Under the pieces are notes generated by a model that saw nothing but the letters and a program-made list of their open reading frames with translations, was not told the DNA's origin and did not search any database. From Stylophora pistillata (Eukaryota), in the NCBI RefSeq assembly GCF_002571385.2, contig NW_019218459.1, forward strand, positions 76,641 to 140,640: 64,000 nt of DNA, in the 5' to 3' direction. Position numbers and translations under genes: made by a program. This document shows positions 40,001-53,300 of the stretch, piece after piece (within the stretch, counting starts at the first letter, position 1; the number at the start of each line of letters is the position of its first letter).

Positions 40001-43000
40001 GTCGTCACCATTTCTGTGCAACAGAGCAAACTGATCATTTGCTGCCAAACATGTCTTTACAATATAAGTCCGACCATTGATCATGCCAAAGGGGGGTCCT
40101 TGGCATACATGACCCCTTCCCCACAAGAAAAAACCCATAGTCAGGAGATTAAACTTCAAAGTCAAACACATGGTTGAAAAAAAATGAAGACCATCTCAGC
40201 GAATTTTTTATTGATGACAAGTGACAAGTGAAGACAGAGTTATTAAGAACAATGGCCCATTTTACAGTTGCATACATGGATTCCAAGCCTTTGAACAGGA
40301 GTGAGGCAAAGGGTGAACCTGTTATGATACAAATGTTGCTGCTTTTCAAATTTAAATTACCATATAATCATGCCTACTAGATACTGGTCACAATCATAAC
40401 AAAGCCACCTTCAGCCTCACTCCAAATCAAAGGCTTGGTAACAAAGCACACAACTGTGAAATGGCCTATTTCATTCATCATGAACACTGAATATTAAAAA
40501 AAAAGTTGATTTTTCCAAACAATAGTAAGAAATAAACCTAACACAGCAAGTAAAACTTACAGGTAAAGTGAGAATCAATAAAAAGGAATGACGTTCCAAA
40601 AATGCTGAATGAAACTGCCAGTGCTCCCTTAGTAGGAAAAAATGTATTTTAGCCAACAAAATTCATTTCTATACTATTAGACACATCACATGGAAAAATG
40701 AGATTTAAGCACCATTTTGAGTAGTGAACTAGTACATGTCTTAGTGTAAATGGTAGAAAGAGACATGGGAAAAAATTAGTAAAAAATGTGTATTTTCACC
40801 TTGGTTTTTATCATATGTCCCACTCGAGTAGACACACTATCTTCACTAACAGCTATCAAATAAGGAAAATTTAGTTTCAATTAGTATTTTGACAAATTTA
40901 CACATAAACTGATCTTAAGGTGGTGGTTTTCTTCACAAGATTCTCATGGCTTAGTTGACACTGTGAGTTTACCATGTTAAATACTTTCCAGGGAACTATC
41001 AAAATGATTGGGTATCAGGATAGGTGAAAACTTAAAGGCAAAAAAACAAACAAACAAAAAAACAACATTTAAAATGCTCAAAATGAAGTAAAAGGGCTAA
41101 ATTTTCAAGATAAACAATGCCTTATGATATTTAACATACAGATCTTCGTGAAGATTCTCAACATGATCCTCAAATGTCCCCATGAATGTCTTATAGGATC
41201 CTTAAAGATCTTTCAAAGATGTTCCCCAGAGATATTACTTCTGAGGTTAATCATGCTTTAGTAGACAGTAAAGCATCTCCACTTTCCACTTCATGATAAA
41301 AATAAGGAAACCCAGCAGCTTTCTTACTACCAGCGATGAAATAAATGAGCTAATTAGTTTGAAGATTATACAAACCAGAACAAAACCAGACAAGTTCTCT
41401 TCTGATGAAAATTGCCAAATGCAGCAAACCAAATGAGCAGGAGTACATCAATACATGTGATGGGCCTAGGGTTTCTTGAAGACGGATCTCCCATTCTTTT
41501 CTGCAAAGATTGTTTCAAAGGAAAAAAATTGAAGTCAACCTATCCTTGATCATCATGACAATAAACAAAGATAAAATAAAATTCTATGTAAAGCTCATGA
41601 CACAAAGAGTATAGATGTTACCGCTGCGATGTACTTTCTTGCAAGCCTATGACATAAAGATCTTGTAAAAAGTCAGTTGAGTCTGGGATTAGAAAGTCGT
41701 CTAAGTAAAACGGAACTTCCTGTTTGAGATAAAATCAAATCAAAAGATCAAACATGGTAGCTATCATTCAAATTATATATCATGTAATCTTAATAAGAGG
41801 AACATAAAATCCCAAAGGGATTGGAAACTAGACAATTCAAAATCACAACATAATTGGATTAGCATTAATGACCAGTCATTACATAAAGTGTATTACATGA
41901 AATAGAGCAGAACTTCTCACACTTTCCTAATGTAGCCCAGTAGTTTTTAATTTGACAGGATAACAAATAACAACCTTGTGTTTTTAACATAAAATATCTG
42001 TTTTCTCAGAACATCCACAAAAAAGTCCATTCATTGCAGGTAACTATTCAATTAAATATAAGCTCACCTTTTCCTCATGCATATTCCAAGTAGCAACAAA
42101 TATTCCAATTTTTCTATCAGGCAAATAGCGTTCCATTTCCTCCTTTAAAAAGTTGCCACTTCTCGTCCGTGCCCTTCTTGCTGAGACACGTGGAAGTACC
42201 ATTGATGTTGCACTACTTAAGAATTCTCCAGTGGGCCAATTTGACAAGTCTGTTTCTGATGAACACCTTTCATTAGTGGCTACCTGCTCTAATGCCTTAC
42301 TCAGTTGTCGTAGATCAGAAGCAGAGTTATGCTGAATCTTATCCTGATTTTCTTCATTAGGATGTATATTCTCGTATAATCCTGATGAATTTGCCTTTAG
42401 AGTTCTTCCAAGGCCTTGCTTAGTTGGATCATTTTCACGATGATTACTCGCCTTGATAGTCACACTCTCATACAAATCAGCTGAGGCAACTCCTTCCCTT
42501 TTTGCATTCAATTGATCAGGTAGTGTTGGAAGAGTGGAGTTGGGGTGTCTGTGGTTTCCCTTGCCATCCGATTTTCCTTCAGCATCACTCACACTTAGTG
42601 AATTTTCTTCACTGTCACTTACACTGGTTAAGCTGTCATTTGAAGAGGACAATGTAATTTCATCTTCTGCAGGGGTCTCGTTTTTCACTTCAATTGATTG
42701 CTCGGATTTTGAATGAATCCATGTAGATTCTGTCTGTGTTGAGCTGTCACCCGTTGACAGAACTTGTTGTGGCTCAACTCTCAAAGGATGAACAACATTC
42801 TTTTTCAAAACCTTCTTAGCAAAATCGTTGTTTTTAGCGTTATTCTGATTAGATTTAAAGCTATGAACGAGATCCTTTTCTGATCCGATATCTTTCAGAG
42901 GTTCTATTCCCCTAAGATTGCGATTAATACTTCGATTCCTATCGCGAGGGCTTCCTAAAGATTCACTAGAACCAATGCTATCCAAACTTCCCGTGCTACC

Positions 43001-43396
43001 TCTACGTTTCAAAGGTAACGGATCTAGCGCAACATTCGCAACATGTTTATGACTTCTCCTTTCGTCTTCTGATCCCGACGCAGAGTTTCTGGTTGATTCA
43101 TTGCGAGTTCTTTTGATTCCTTTTGAATTCAACGCCGCTACACGAGGACTCACTTCGCCGGCAGGTCGCGAATTAGAGCGAGGAGAAGTGGGAGGATGTG
43201 GGGCGAATTTCACGTTTTGAGCACTTGCTTCTTTGACTAATAATGGCGTATCGTTGTGTGATGATGATGACTGGAATATATTTCCAGCTGATTGAGACTG
43301 CCTTTGGTGAAGAAGCTTTGGTCGTTCAAACGATTGCTTCGTTGCGGTTGTGCGTAGATTATGGTTGAAAAATGAATAATTTCCTCCTTCAGCCAT
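37036..43396 (-). CDS. INPP5E: Ciliary inositol polyphosphate 5-phosphatase INPP5E
   Basis: Long disordered exon 1 ending [16 protein letters not shown]; [13 protein letters not shown]; PSYK..RTPSWTDRVLY..SDHRPV; [13 protein letters not shown]; terminal CaaX SSVCVIL*. Confidence 0.95.
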
Positions 43397-43722
43397 TATG
43401 ATCCGGCACTATATACATCGCGTAATTTTCCAAATTTAGCGGAATTTCAAAATTCGACAATGAAAGCGGTTAAAATGAAAAAAATTAAAATTGTTATGAG
43501 CCTACCATATTGTTTGTTCGCTGGGGTAATCAAGGTTACGAAGCCAAATGATTCGTATGGGAGGAGTACGTGAGGGCATGGTTGTTTATAAAACTTATCT
43601 GTAACGTTATATTAGAGGTATACGCAAGAGCAATTATAGTGACAGTTTGACAATCCTCCCCACCCCCAGCCCGACAATTATATTGACTGAAGCCTCGATG
43701 CTAAGTCGAAGCGCAATCCAAG

Positions 43723-46700
43723 ATGGCGGACGGAAAGGACATCAAGAAGTTCTTGGCAAATCATCCCCATTTTGAACTTTTCAAAGATGACCAGATGAGA
43801 GAAAAGGTATTCCAATTCTTTGATTAATAATTTAGTCTCTTTTTGACACTTTCTTTTCAATTCGGATGGACTTCAGAAAATGTGACAATCTACACCGGCA
43901 CGTTTGAACTAGAAACAGTACAACTGAGGTTTGTCTCTGAACGGGTGACTACAGGGACTTGTGCGACTCTCCTAAAATGGAAACAGGCTTATGCTTATCT
44001 AACCTGCTTTGGGCTTTAACACTTGATCGTTACTTAGATAGAAGAACGATTATCCGCTCGTGACTTGCGGCCACATTTGTTATCGTGGTAGAAATTCATT
44101 ATGTTACAGTTAACTAAAAAGAGTAGATCTCAAATTCAGTTGTCAAATTAATACCTCTTCTCGAATGGGTACCCCTTTTTAATAAGAGTGCACTCGACGA
44201 GCCTAAATTTATCACAGGTGTGCTCTTCAAATACACGCCTGAGCCTCTCAGTATTGAAACCGAAACCGCTGAGGATGTATAATGAATACGGTCGAACCTT
44301 GATTATTCGGACGCGTGGGGACTGGACTTTATTGGTCCACACATTCAAGAGTCTGGATAATCAAAAATATGAATATAATTGTTCCTGGATAATGGCACCA
44401 GAGAAGTAAGTCTGAATAATTGAAAAATTTGGATAATTGAGGTTTGACTGTAGAGTAAAATCACACTCTACCAGCCCTGCACAATCATACTGTACTTTTG
44501 TTATGTGTGTGAAAATGTTAAATGCGGTAAAATATTTGGGGGTTCTAACTAAACTGCTAGTGGAACTCTAACATCAACTATTTAAAATGACTAATTGTTT
44601 ATGTTGATGTTTATTATCAAATATTGTGATAACAAATGATCAAACTTCTCCGACCCCCACCCCCTTGGTCAAGCACCCACCTTGAGTAAGAGCCCCACAT
44701 CTTATCTTGGTGGCCTGGGTGCTTCTTGGAGCATTTATAGTCAGCCAACTCTTCCTGTTTATAAGAGAGTCTCGTGCAAATAAAGGGAATACCTCTGCCT
44801 TTCATTCGCTTTCCTAAATCTCCATGAAAAAAATTGATTTGGACATTTTTTTACTTGAGTTTTCTTTGTGAGGATGGTTTTATATATTTGTAAAATGTTT
44901 TTGATTCTGAGAGAAAGAAGCTGGGACAAAGGGGTCATATAACAAATTCAACACTGTAACACCCTAATATCAGTATGCATATTCTCTATACTATACTTCA
45001 TAGATTTCCTAAGGTGCTAACAAGGAGAATTTGTTTAACAATCAAGGGGTTCTTTAATTAGTGATTGTTTCCTATATTCTCTTGACCTTCATTAGTGATT
45101 CAGAGGTGGTGATGTGAGGAGAAATCAGATGCTAATCACTAGTAGGGGTCCAAGGGGTGGAGGAGGGTGGGTTGCTGGTGGGAGGGTAGATGTAGGGCAG
45201 AAACTAAAATCGAACATCTCCAGCTTTCATACTTCTTAGGGTTAGCAGTTTTGAAATTGCATTTGTTCATGCAACCAGTGCAGTCCATCTTGCTGTTTAA
45301 ATTCTTTAACGAGCTTTCTTTCCTTGTGATGTTAGATCAGATGTAACTTAACAGGACATGAGTTACCAGCCAGACTGCCAGACCTTGAAAACTATATCAA
45401 AGGGAAGAAGTATCAGAGACTAATTAAGGAAATTCCTGATGAATCCCCTGGGTATGAAGAATACAAGGAATACTTAGTGCCAAGTGGAAAAAAGGGGTAA
45501 TGAAATCATATTTGTTATGCTATGATATGTTTGTTGGTAAAGGCAGGAGTACAAAACCTAGAAGATGGTTTTTATGCTTCCAGTAATGGTGTATGTTTAC
45601 AATAGGAAACCACACCCCTTTCTGCAGAACTTTGGAATGTAAAACTGTGAAAAGAAAGAGTTTGAGTGCCCTGTCAGTTGAAATGGTGGTTATTATTATG
45701 ATCTTCCAATGTGGATCCAAAATTCAAGAAAGTTTAAGTGTAGTTGCAGTGTAACCTAACTTGATGCACCAATTCAGGTGATTGTGACAGAAAGACAATG
45801 GAATACTTTGAATTTGGAGAAAGGGGGAGTCCTGTTTAGCATTCGTATTCCCATTCTTCCTGATTGTTAATTCTCCAACTTTAAGAAAACAAAAAAAGAA
45901 AGGGGATTGTCAATGGTCTATTGTAGTAAAGTGACCATATACCCAGGAGCTCAGTCACCCACATTACCAGACTTCTAGTCACTTTCTTTAGTGTAAGCTG
46001 ATATACAAGGAAACAATAGTTAACTACAGGAAGAACAACCGAGATCTGACATGGATCCCAGTTGTTCAAGTTGCTCCTAAATTCACCATGTAGCAGTTGT
46101 CTCACAGAGGAGGAAGCATTTTGGGCACTTAGAATATTACTGTTGGAATCTTTAGTCATAAACATAGACTGTGTTTCCTAATTGTATGGTTTTGAACATT
46201 GCAAATCTTGCAGCAATCAGTTACATTGCCAGTTGACCAAGAAATACATTAACAATGTTCCTCATCATATTCAAAGACACATCACAGGAAAACGCTTCAA
46301 ACGGGCGCTGGAGAAACGTAAGGCTTTGGTGTGCTTTTGTATCGTTGGTGATTCTTATCAGAAATTCAAACTAAATTGAATGATCTTCTCTTGTGTCAGT
46401 TAAAAGGGACAAGAAACTTGAATCTGAGGATGCAGATGAAGACATGTGGGTTCCGTCTGACCTTGAATCAGAACCTGATGAAGGGGATGAAGAGGAAAAG
46501 ATGGACGAGGTTGATTCTGGTGGAGAGTTCTCATCAGAAGGTGGCGTACCATGATAGGAAAATGTTACGAAAATTTAGTTTATACTCTTAGTTTTCCTCC
46601 CATAATTGAGAGCTTAGTAGCTGGCCTAAGAATCATTTTCAACAAGTTGCGGTCTGCTCATACGTAATATCGTGGGTTTTTTTTTTTTGTTCTAAGTCTT

Positions 46701-47707
46701 ATTCTGTTCGCGTTTAGTTGTGTCTGCGCTCTCCTGAGAAGAACGTCAGCTCGCTATTAAAGTTTCTCAGTTATCCGAGTATGAGTTGACGATTGTGCTC
46801 TGTAGTGTATAACTGTCACTTTTTAGACTACTTCTTCTCTGCGAAGTGTGTCGCGCGACGCAAAAAAAAAAAAAAAAAAAGTGTGTCGCGCGACGCAAAA
46901 AAAAAAAAATAAACGGAAACATTTCTTTCCATTTTCTTCCTGATTGATTTGAACTCGGGCGATGTACTTTGTAGAGACAGAAGGACTCCTCTCAGTCTAC
47001 CGTTAATGAAACGAAAATTATTTTGTGATGTGTTTCCAAGTTAAGTACAAGCCTTTCGTTCTTGTTTTGATGCTGTTGTTGTAGTTATTGTTTTTTTGTT
47101 TTTTTTTTTTTTGTAATTGAAGTCCCTTTTGGAGTACCTTTCTTCTAACAATTGATTTTGTGTTCAGATGAGGATGATACATATGAGAGAAAAAATCAAA
47201 CTGGATTGAAAAGGACACTGAAGGTGAAGTAACTTCCTCTGAGTCAACATTCTGAATAAGAATTAACTGAAGTTGGTTTTAGTTTTTTTTTTTTTTTTTT
47301 TTTTCTAGCAGTGTTTCCCTTTTGTCTCCTGCGCCTATATTTTGTTATCAGTATTCAACGCAAGAATTACGCTCTTGCTCAATGACAGATGTCAACTCCG
47401 GCTAATTTGAAATGCAACCACGTTCTCTCTTTTTCTTCATGTACCAAGTTTTCACTTTAAATGTCCTGGGTAGGCAGTCTAAGTTTCTCTTCTTATGTCT
47501 AGTGGAACAAAACACATTTTTTTGCTGACTGGCTCGGTATTCATCATTCAATTTTACATTAACATGGTAGCATTTTTTCGCCAACAGGAAACTAGCAAGA
47601 GTGAACCAGCGAAAAAAGTTAAGGGAAGCGTAACTGAATTTCTACCAAAGGACGAGGGCATTAAAAACCGTAAAACAAAAAACAGGAAGAAAGCGATGAA
47701 ATCATAA
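43723..47707 (+). CDS. SURF2: Surfeit locus protein 2. Exons: 43723-43806, 45336-45496, 46214-46317, 46400-46540, 47168-47223, 47588-47707
   Basis: FLANHP..IRCNLTGHELPARLPDLENYIKGKKYQRL and QLHCQLTKKYINNVPHHIQRHITGKRFKRAL match the SURF2 motif; acidic then basic tail; splice phases are consistent. Confidence 0.9.
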
Positions 47708-48480
47708 CCAGCGCACCTATGACTGAATCTTTTTCAAATATCTGCCTCCTATTGAAGCAAGAGCGAGCGTGACATCAGTATTGTCGATGTTACACCTCCG
47801 AACGTTGTGTGTATCACGGAAGCGTCTAGCTTCCTTGGGGAAAGTTATAGGATACAGTTTTTACAAGTTGTCAAGAGAGGACAAGGTTTGCTTTAGTCTT
47901 TGAACACGAGTAGTTCGACCTCACTCAAAGGACAAATAAGCTGATTGAGAGGCGAAGAAAGCAAAGGCAAACAGAGAATGTGCATGGTAGTTTTACTCTC
48001 TTCAGGGTAATTGTATTTTCAGAAGAGATGACCAAGTACAACTGAATGATGTTAATGAGTAGGAATAAAACTGTCTCATTTCATGAAGCAGAGCGTGAAG
48101 TGTCCCATCATGATTCTTAGCTTTGTTTTCTATGAACTAAGAACTACAATTTTAACATTACTACATAGCTTTAAATATTTTGCTAGCTACAATGTTTTTA
48201 AATGCAATTATCCATTGCGGCTTTCAAGAAGACGTGCGACCTTTTAAAAATGTACCCAGTTAGTGAGATTGTTTAAACAGCAGATAAAACGCGGATGTTG
48301 AAAATAAAAGGCCCATCTCAAGAGTCACCGCGCATCATGTGCGAATATGACGTAAATGCTCGCAGTTTAAAGTGCGCTAAAACTGAACGCACGCTATATA
48401 CAGATAAATGAAATAAAACGGGTGTTTTCTTAATTTAAAGTAACGAATTAAAAATGGTGGGTTAAAAACAAAGGAATTTC

Positions 48481-50335
48481 TCATTCATCAAACCCAGCTA
48501 GGCCCAGTTTCCTCACGAGCAGTCTTACGGCTTCCAAAGGATCCTGGACCATATCCAGCCGTCGTTGCCATTTTACTGGATTCGATTTCTTTCCTTTATA
48601 AGGCGTGGGTGGGGCAAACTGGCAGGCGCTCTTCTCGTTAACCTTGTTTCGCTTAGCTTCCAGTCTGTGATTTCGTTCCGCTATCTTGTGAACACTCTTG
48701 ATGTCTTCTATAGTCTTTGCCATGTTGAGAATATGTTGAGTGATGGATGAGTCTCGGCATAAGACAACAAGAAGGCAGCAAGTTTTAGCGAAGAGGGCAG
48801 TTTTGTCTCGGAAGTTTGCTAGTAGCTCAACCAAGGTTTCGATGGAATCTGGTTGCTCATAAACAGCATAGTAAACTGACGGGTACTGTGGAAAAGAAGA
48901 CAGCTAATAATTATGCTGGAGATTTTTTATTATCTCTGTCACGTTCTCGTTTGTTCCAAAGGATGAAGGTTAATGCTCATAAGAGCAGAGGGACGTTTTT
49001 TCTTACCTTTGCCACATTAAATAGTATTGATATGGAATATTTAATGACTTCTAAGTGAGGTAAACTGCGGTTGCACTTCTTGATTACTTTGAATATAACA
49101 GGCAGTGCACCATCTTTCACCACCTGCTGGCAGCAAACCTCTGACAGACGAGTTACAACCTCTGAAATACAAACGATGACAACGGTTAATGGCACAGTTC
49201 TTAGGAAGACGCAGCTTTCCGTTCGGAGTAGAAGCTACATGCAGCTTTCGACCGACAGCGCTAATTTGTCGAATAGTTTGTCGTGGAAAAATGTGTTTAT
49301 CTCAAAAGATGCAAAACAAAAAGTAATTGCAACTTTTTTTCGAATTATCGAGTTTCCAGATGGGATTTGAATCCACGACCCTCCGTGATCTAGTCGGATG
49401 CTCTAACCACTGAGCTACAGGAGACTCTATGGTGAGCAAGGGTCAATTAGTGGGTATTGACTGGAACCGCATTTTTTTGGAATTTGTCGTGGAAAAATGT
49501 GTTTATCTCAAAAGATGCAAAACAAAAAGTAATTGCAGCTTTATTTCGAATTTTTATCGCTTGAAGTTCAGGCTTGTTACACATAATTTGTTTTGAGATC
49601 TTCAGCTTCCTTTTGATATTTTTTCTTGCTGTGATTAGACTTCATGATAACCTTAAAAAACTGATTATTTTTTCACGTGTAACTTACCCAGGTTAAAAAA
49701 AAAACTTACCCAGGTTGACAAGCGCCCCCACTATCTTGCTGATGTTCTTACACTGCAGTAGGAAGTCAAGGGCGGACCTTGTACGGTTACAAAGCTTCAT
49801 TGATTCAGTTGCTGCGGCATTTGCGGACTTGATCCGCTTTCGCGCTCTTTTAACCTTTAGGGATGACTCTTCACGCCGAACTCGGTAGCCTCGCCACAAA
49901 GCCTTCAAAAGAAAAGAAAGAAAAAGAAATCAGCGATACTAACATCTCGTGTAGTCATTGCTCAACAAAAAGTGAGGACTAGACAAATTATGTCAACACA
50001 AATGGCGTATTTCTTACCTGTATTCTCAGCGCATATTTCTGAAGTTTTCGTAAATGATTCCTTGCCAAAACGCCTCTGATAAGGGACTGGATCTTCACTG
50101 CGCTTTTGTTTTTCGTCACCAGTTTCCTCCGCGCTGCTCTCTGTACAATAACCGCGGCTGAGCGAAGAGTGGTAAACCTCCGATGTTCGAGTACACCCCG
50201 CCACCAACACTGAGGGAAGAAAACATAGCCACTCTTGTGAGACCATTGTCCTTACTTAGTTCCTAGTTAGATAGAACAGCTGTATAAAATTAAAGCCAAG
50301 GGATCACTGACTTCAAAGAATAATTAAAGAACTCG

Positions 50336-50383
<48 letters not shown>

Positions 50384-53300
50384 AAAGAACAGGCATGCAG
50401 ATAACAATACAAGTACAGCAACAAATTTTGTCGTTTTGTGCCAACAAAATGTTCTCGAATGATCGATCATACCTGGATTAAAAGAACAGCATCCATACGC
50501 GCTTTTGCCACGGCTATCGCGCGTGCTCGCCGATAACACCGCTGGATTTTGATGGCTTTCAGATGAAGATATGTAACTGACGCAAACTTGTTTAACTGTA
50601 CCAAACGCTGCGCCTTCTGAAACTGGTAAAGACAAGTATTGCAAAAACAGTAGCGATCAGTTAGAACTAAAACTCAGGTTAACGTTTGAAGACTTAAATT
50701 AAGTAATGCGTTTTTTTTTTTCAGAAATGCAATAGCTGGTTTGAACCCAGGAGTAACTGTTGAACGTGAGTCTGACCATCTGGGTGAGCGTAGCCTTTGA
50801 AAGGATTGTGTGAACTCCTGAGAGTGAATTCAGAAGTTGTTTGTTAGTCAAGTGATCGAAGTTCACTGATAATCAAAAGTTAAACTTACGAATGATGCAC
50901 GATCCTCGCAGTAGAGAGCGCTATTTATGCATACATATCTACTACGTATCTAATACCGCAGTTCAAAATATATGAACTTCATATATACATTGTAACCAAA
51001 AGTTAAACTTGTTCATTACTTCAGTTATAAACTCGTTTATTACTTCAGTTGTAAACTTGTTTATTACTTTAGTTATTAAACACATGAAAACGTATCTAAA
51101 AGAAACTCTTACTTTTATCTTCCTTCTTGTGATAAATCCTCTGAAAGCTGCCTGAATGACACGAGCAGCGAACATTTTACGAGCGGCCATCCGCACGCGG
51201 TATCCACGGAAAGCTGCCTGCAATATGACAGTAGCATCCTTGAGTCTTTCATATTCTTCACGGGTTGTTCTTCCTGCCAAAATACCCCGGAACCATCTCT
51301 GAATCTGAATCACAGCCTTCAGTTGACGAACAGTGTAGCGAGCCTTCCGGCCTCGGTAAAAGGATTGAAGAGTAACTGCTGCACGTTTGATTTCTTGAAA
51401 TTCTCTTCTTTCCTTTCGTGAGGCAATTTGGGCTCGCACTTTTCTTTGCAGAAAGACTGTGGCGGCTTTAAGTTTTAAGTAACTCTTCCGATAGTACCAG
51501 GCCCTTGTCAAGGCTTGTATTCTGATCACGACATGTTTAGCGTGGTAGTATTTCTGCCTCTGTATCATTCCTCGTGCATGAGACTGAATAAGTATGGCTG
51601 ATCTCAGTTTCTTCACTTCAGCTCTTACTAGGCAACCTCGGTAAAAGCTCTGTGTATTAATGAAATAAAAGGAAATACTACTTCAGCATGACTTACTCGT
51701 AATATTTCACTAAGTAACCAGTTAAAATTAAAACAGTTCCTGTTTCCTCATTGAGAGGGGCTAGGAACTTTCCAAGAGTATTATTTCCTACAACCAAATA
51801 AAAACATCTGAGAAGGAATGGTCCGTTTCAACTACCTGGATTCTAGTGACTGCCCATTTCATCAGATGGAATCTCAGACGGACGCCCTGGCCGATGATGA
51901 ACGATCGATACCGACATTGAATGACAATGACTGCCGTGCGCTTATGAAGAAACTTCGTCCTTTGTAGATGCATCCGTACCAAAGACTGAACCAGCACTAC
52001 CTTTTGTCGGTCACAAAGATAAGACTTCCGCTGACAGTAACCTCTGTAATACAACTGAATAAGGACTATAGAGCGTCTGAGGCACTCATACTCTGCAGAG
52101 ATCTTCCTCATTGCTACTTGTGCTCTGTACCGTTGTTGAATTGCAACGGTTGATTTTCGTGTTCTTACAAATTGCTTTCTGGTTTGATTGCGACGCACTG
52201 TTGCCTGCAGTCTGCAAACAACTTCCCTTACGCTCAAGAAATTTCTACGTTTGACTGTTCCACGATATGCTGCCTGTATCTTAACAACAGCTCTGAGCCT
52301 GCGTGCCAATTTCTGCGCACGAACCATGCGGAAAGCAGACTGCAAAGTGATGATTGCACCACGGGTCACGTGATAGGTAAAGTGAGTTTTCTCCATGAGG
52401 CGAAATCCACGGTAGTACCGCTGAATCTTCAGGGCAGCTGTTCGCCGTCTCTGTTTCTCTAGCAGCATTTCAGCAACACGCTGTCTTGCTCTAAATCCAC
52501 GCAGATGCGATTGTATGACGATAGCGCCAAGACGCATCATTTCGTAACTTTGACGCTGCCTTTTGCAAAGGTGATTAGCTTTGTAAATCTTCTGTAATGA
52601 AATGGTGGCATTCTTGAGCTTTTGATAAGCCCGAACTCCTTTCGTCATGCGCGCAAAAGCTTGTATCTTAATGGCAGCATCCTGAGCTCTCTTGTATTTT
52701 CTCCTGGCCGAGGACATTCTCCAGTAAGACTGTAGGACAACAGCGGCGCCCCGCAGCTGCAAGAAACCTTCTCTTTGTGTATAAGACTTAACGCCAGCTC
52801 GGAAGTGTTGCTGGATGGTGATTGCTGCTGATCTGATAGCATTGTATCGTCGTCTGCATTGCCATTTTCTAATCCAAGTCTGCAACACAATGCATGCCTT
52901 CCTCTGGAGAATGAAACACTGTCTGGCCTCCTGCATGTCCCTCTGAGCCCGGAATCGGCGCTGAATCATAGATGCAGCGTGACGAAGGTTTAGATAGGAT
53001 CGTCGTGCAAAGTAGCGTCTTACTTCTGCCTGGATAACAACCACAGAAGACTTCTGGAGAAGATAATTGGAGGCACACACATAGCGGCGATAGGCGCTTT
53101 GGATCTTGACTGCTGCCTGGTTACGTTTCAAATTAAGTCGCACCTTGTAATGGCGATAACTTGATTGGATTATGAGAGAAGACGACTTTAACGCATTGTA
53201 ATTCCGTGCGACTGCTCGACCGAGAAGCCAAGCGCGCCATCGCAGCTGTAAAATCAACACAGCTCTCTTAGTAGCTTCATATCGTCTCCACGCCTGAAAC

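Noticed and set aside
49351-49425. Functional tRNA gene
   Set aside because: Acceptor and anticodon stems pair poorly and it is embedded in repeat sequence; better explained as a SINE head.
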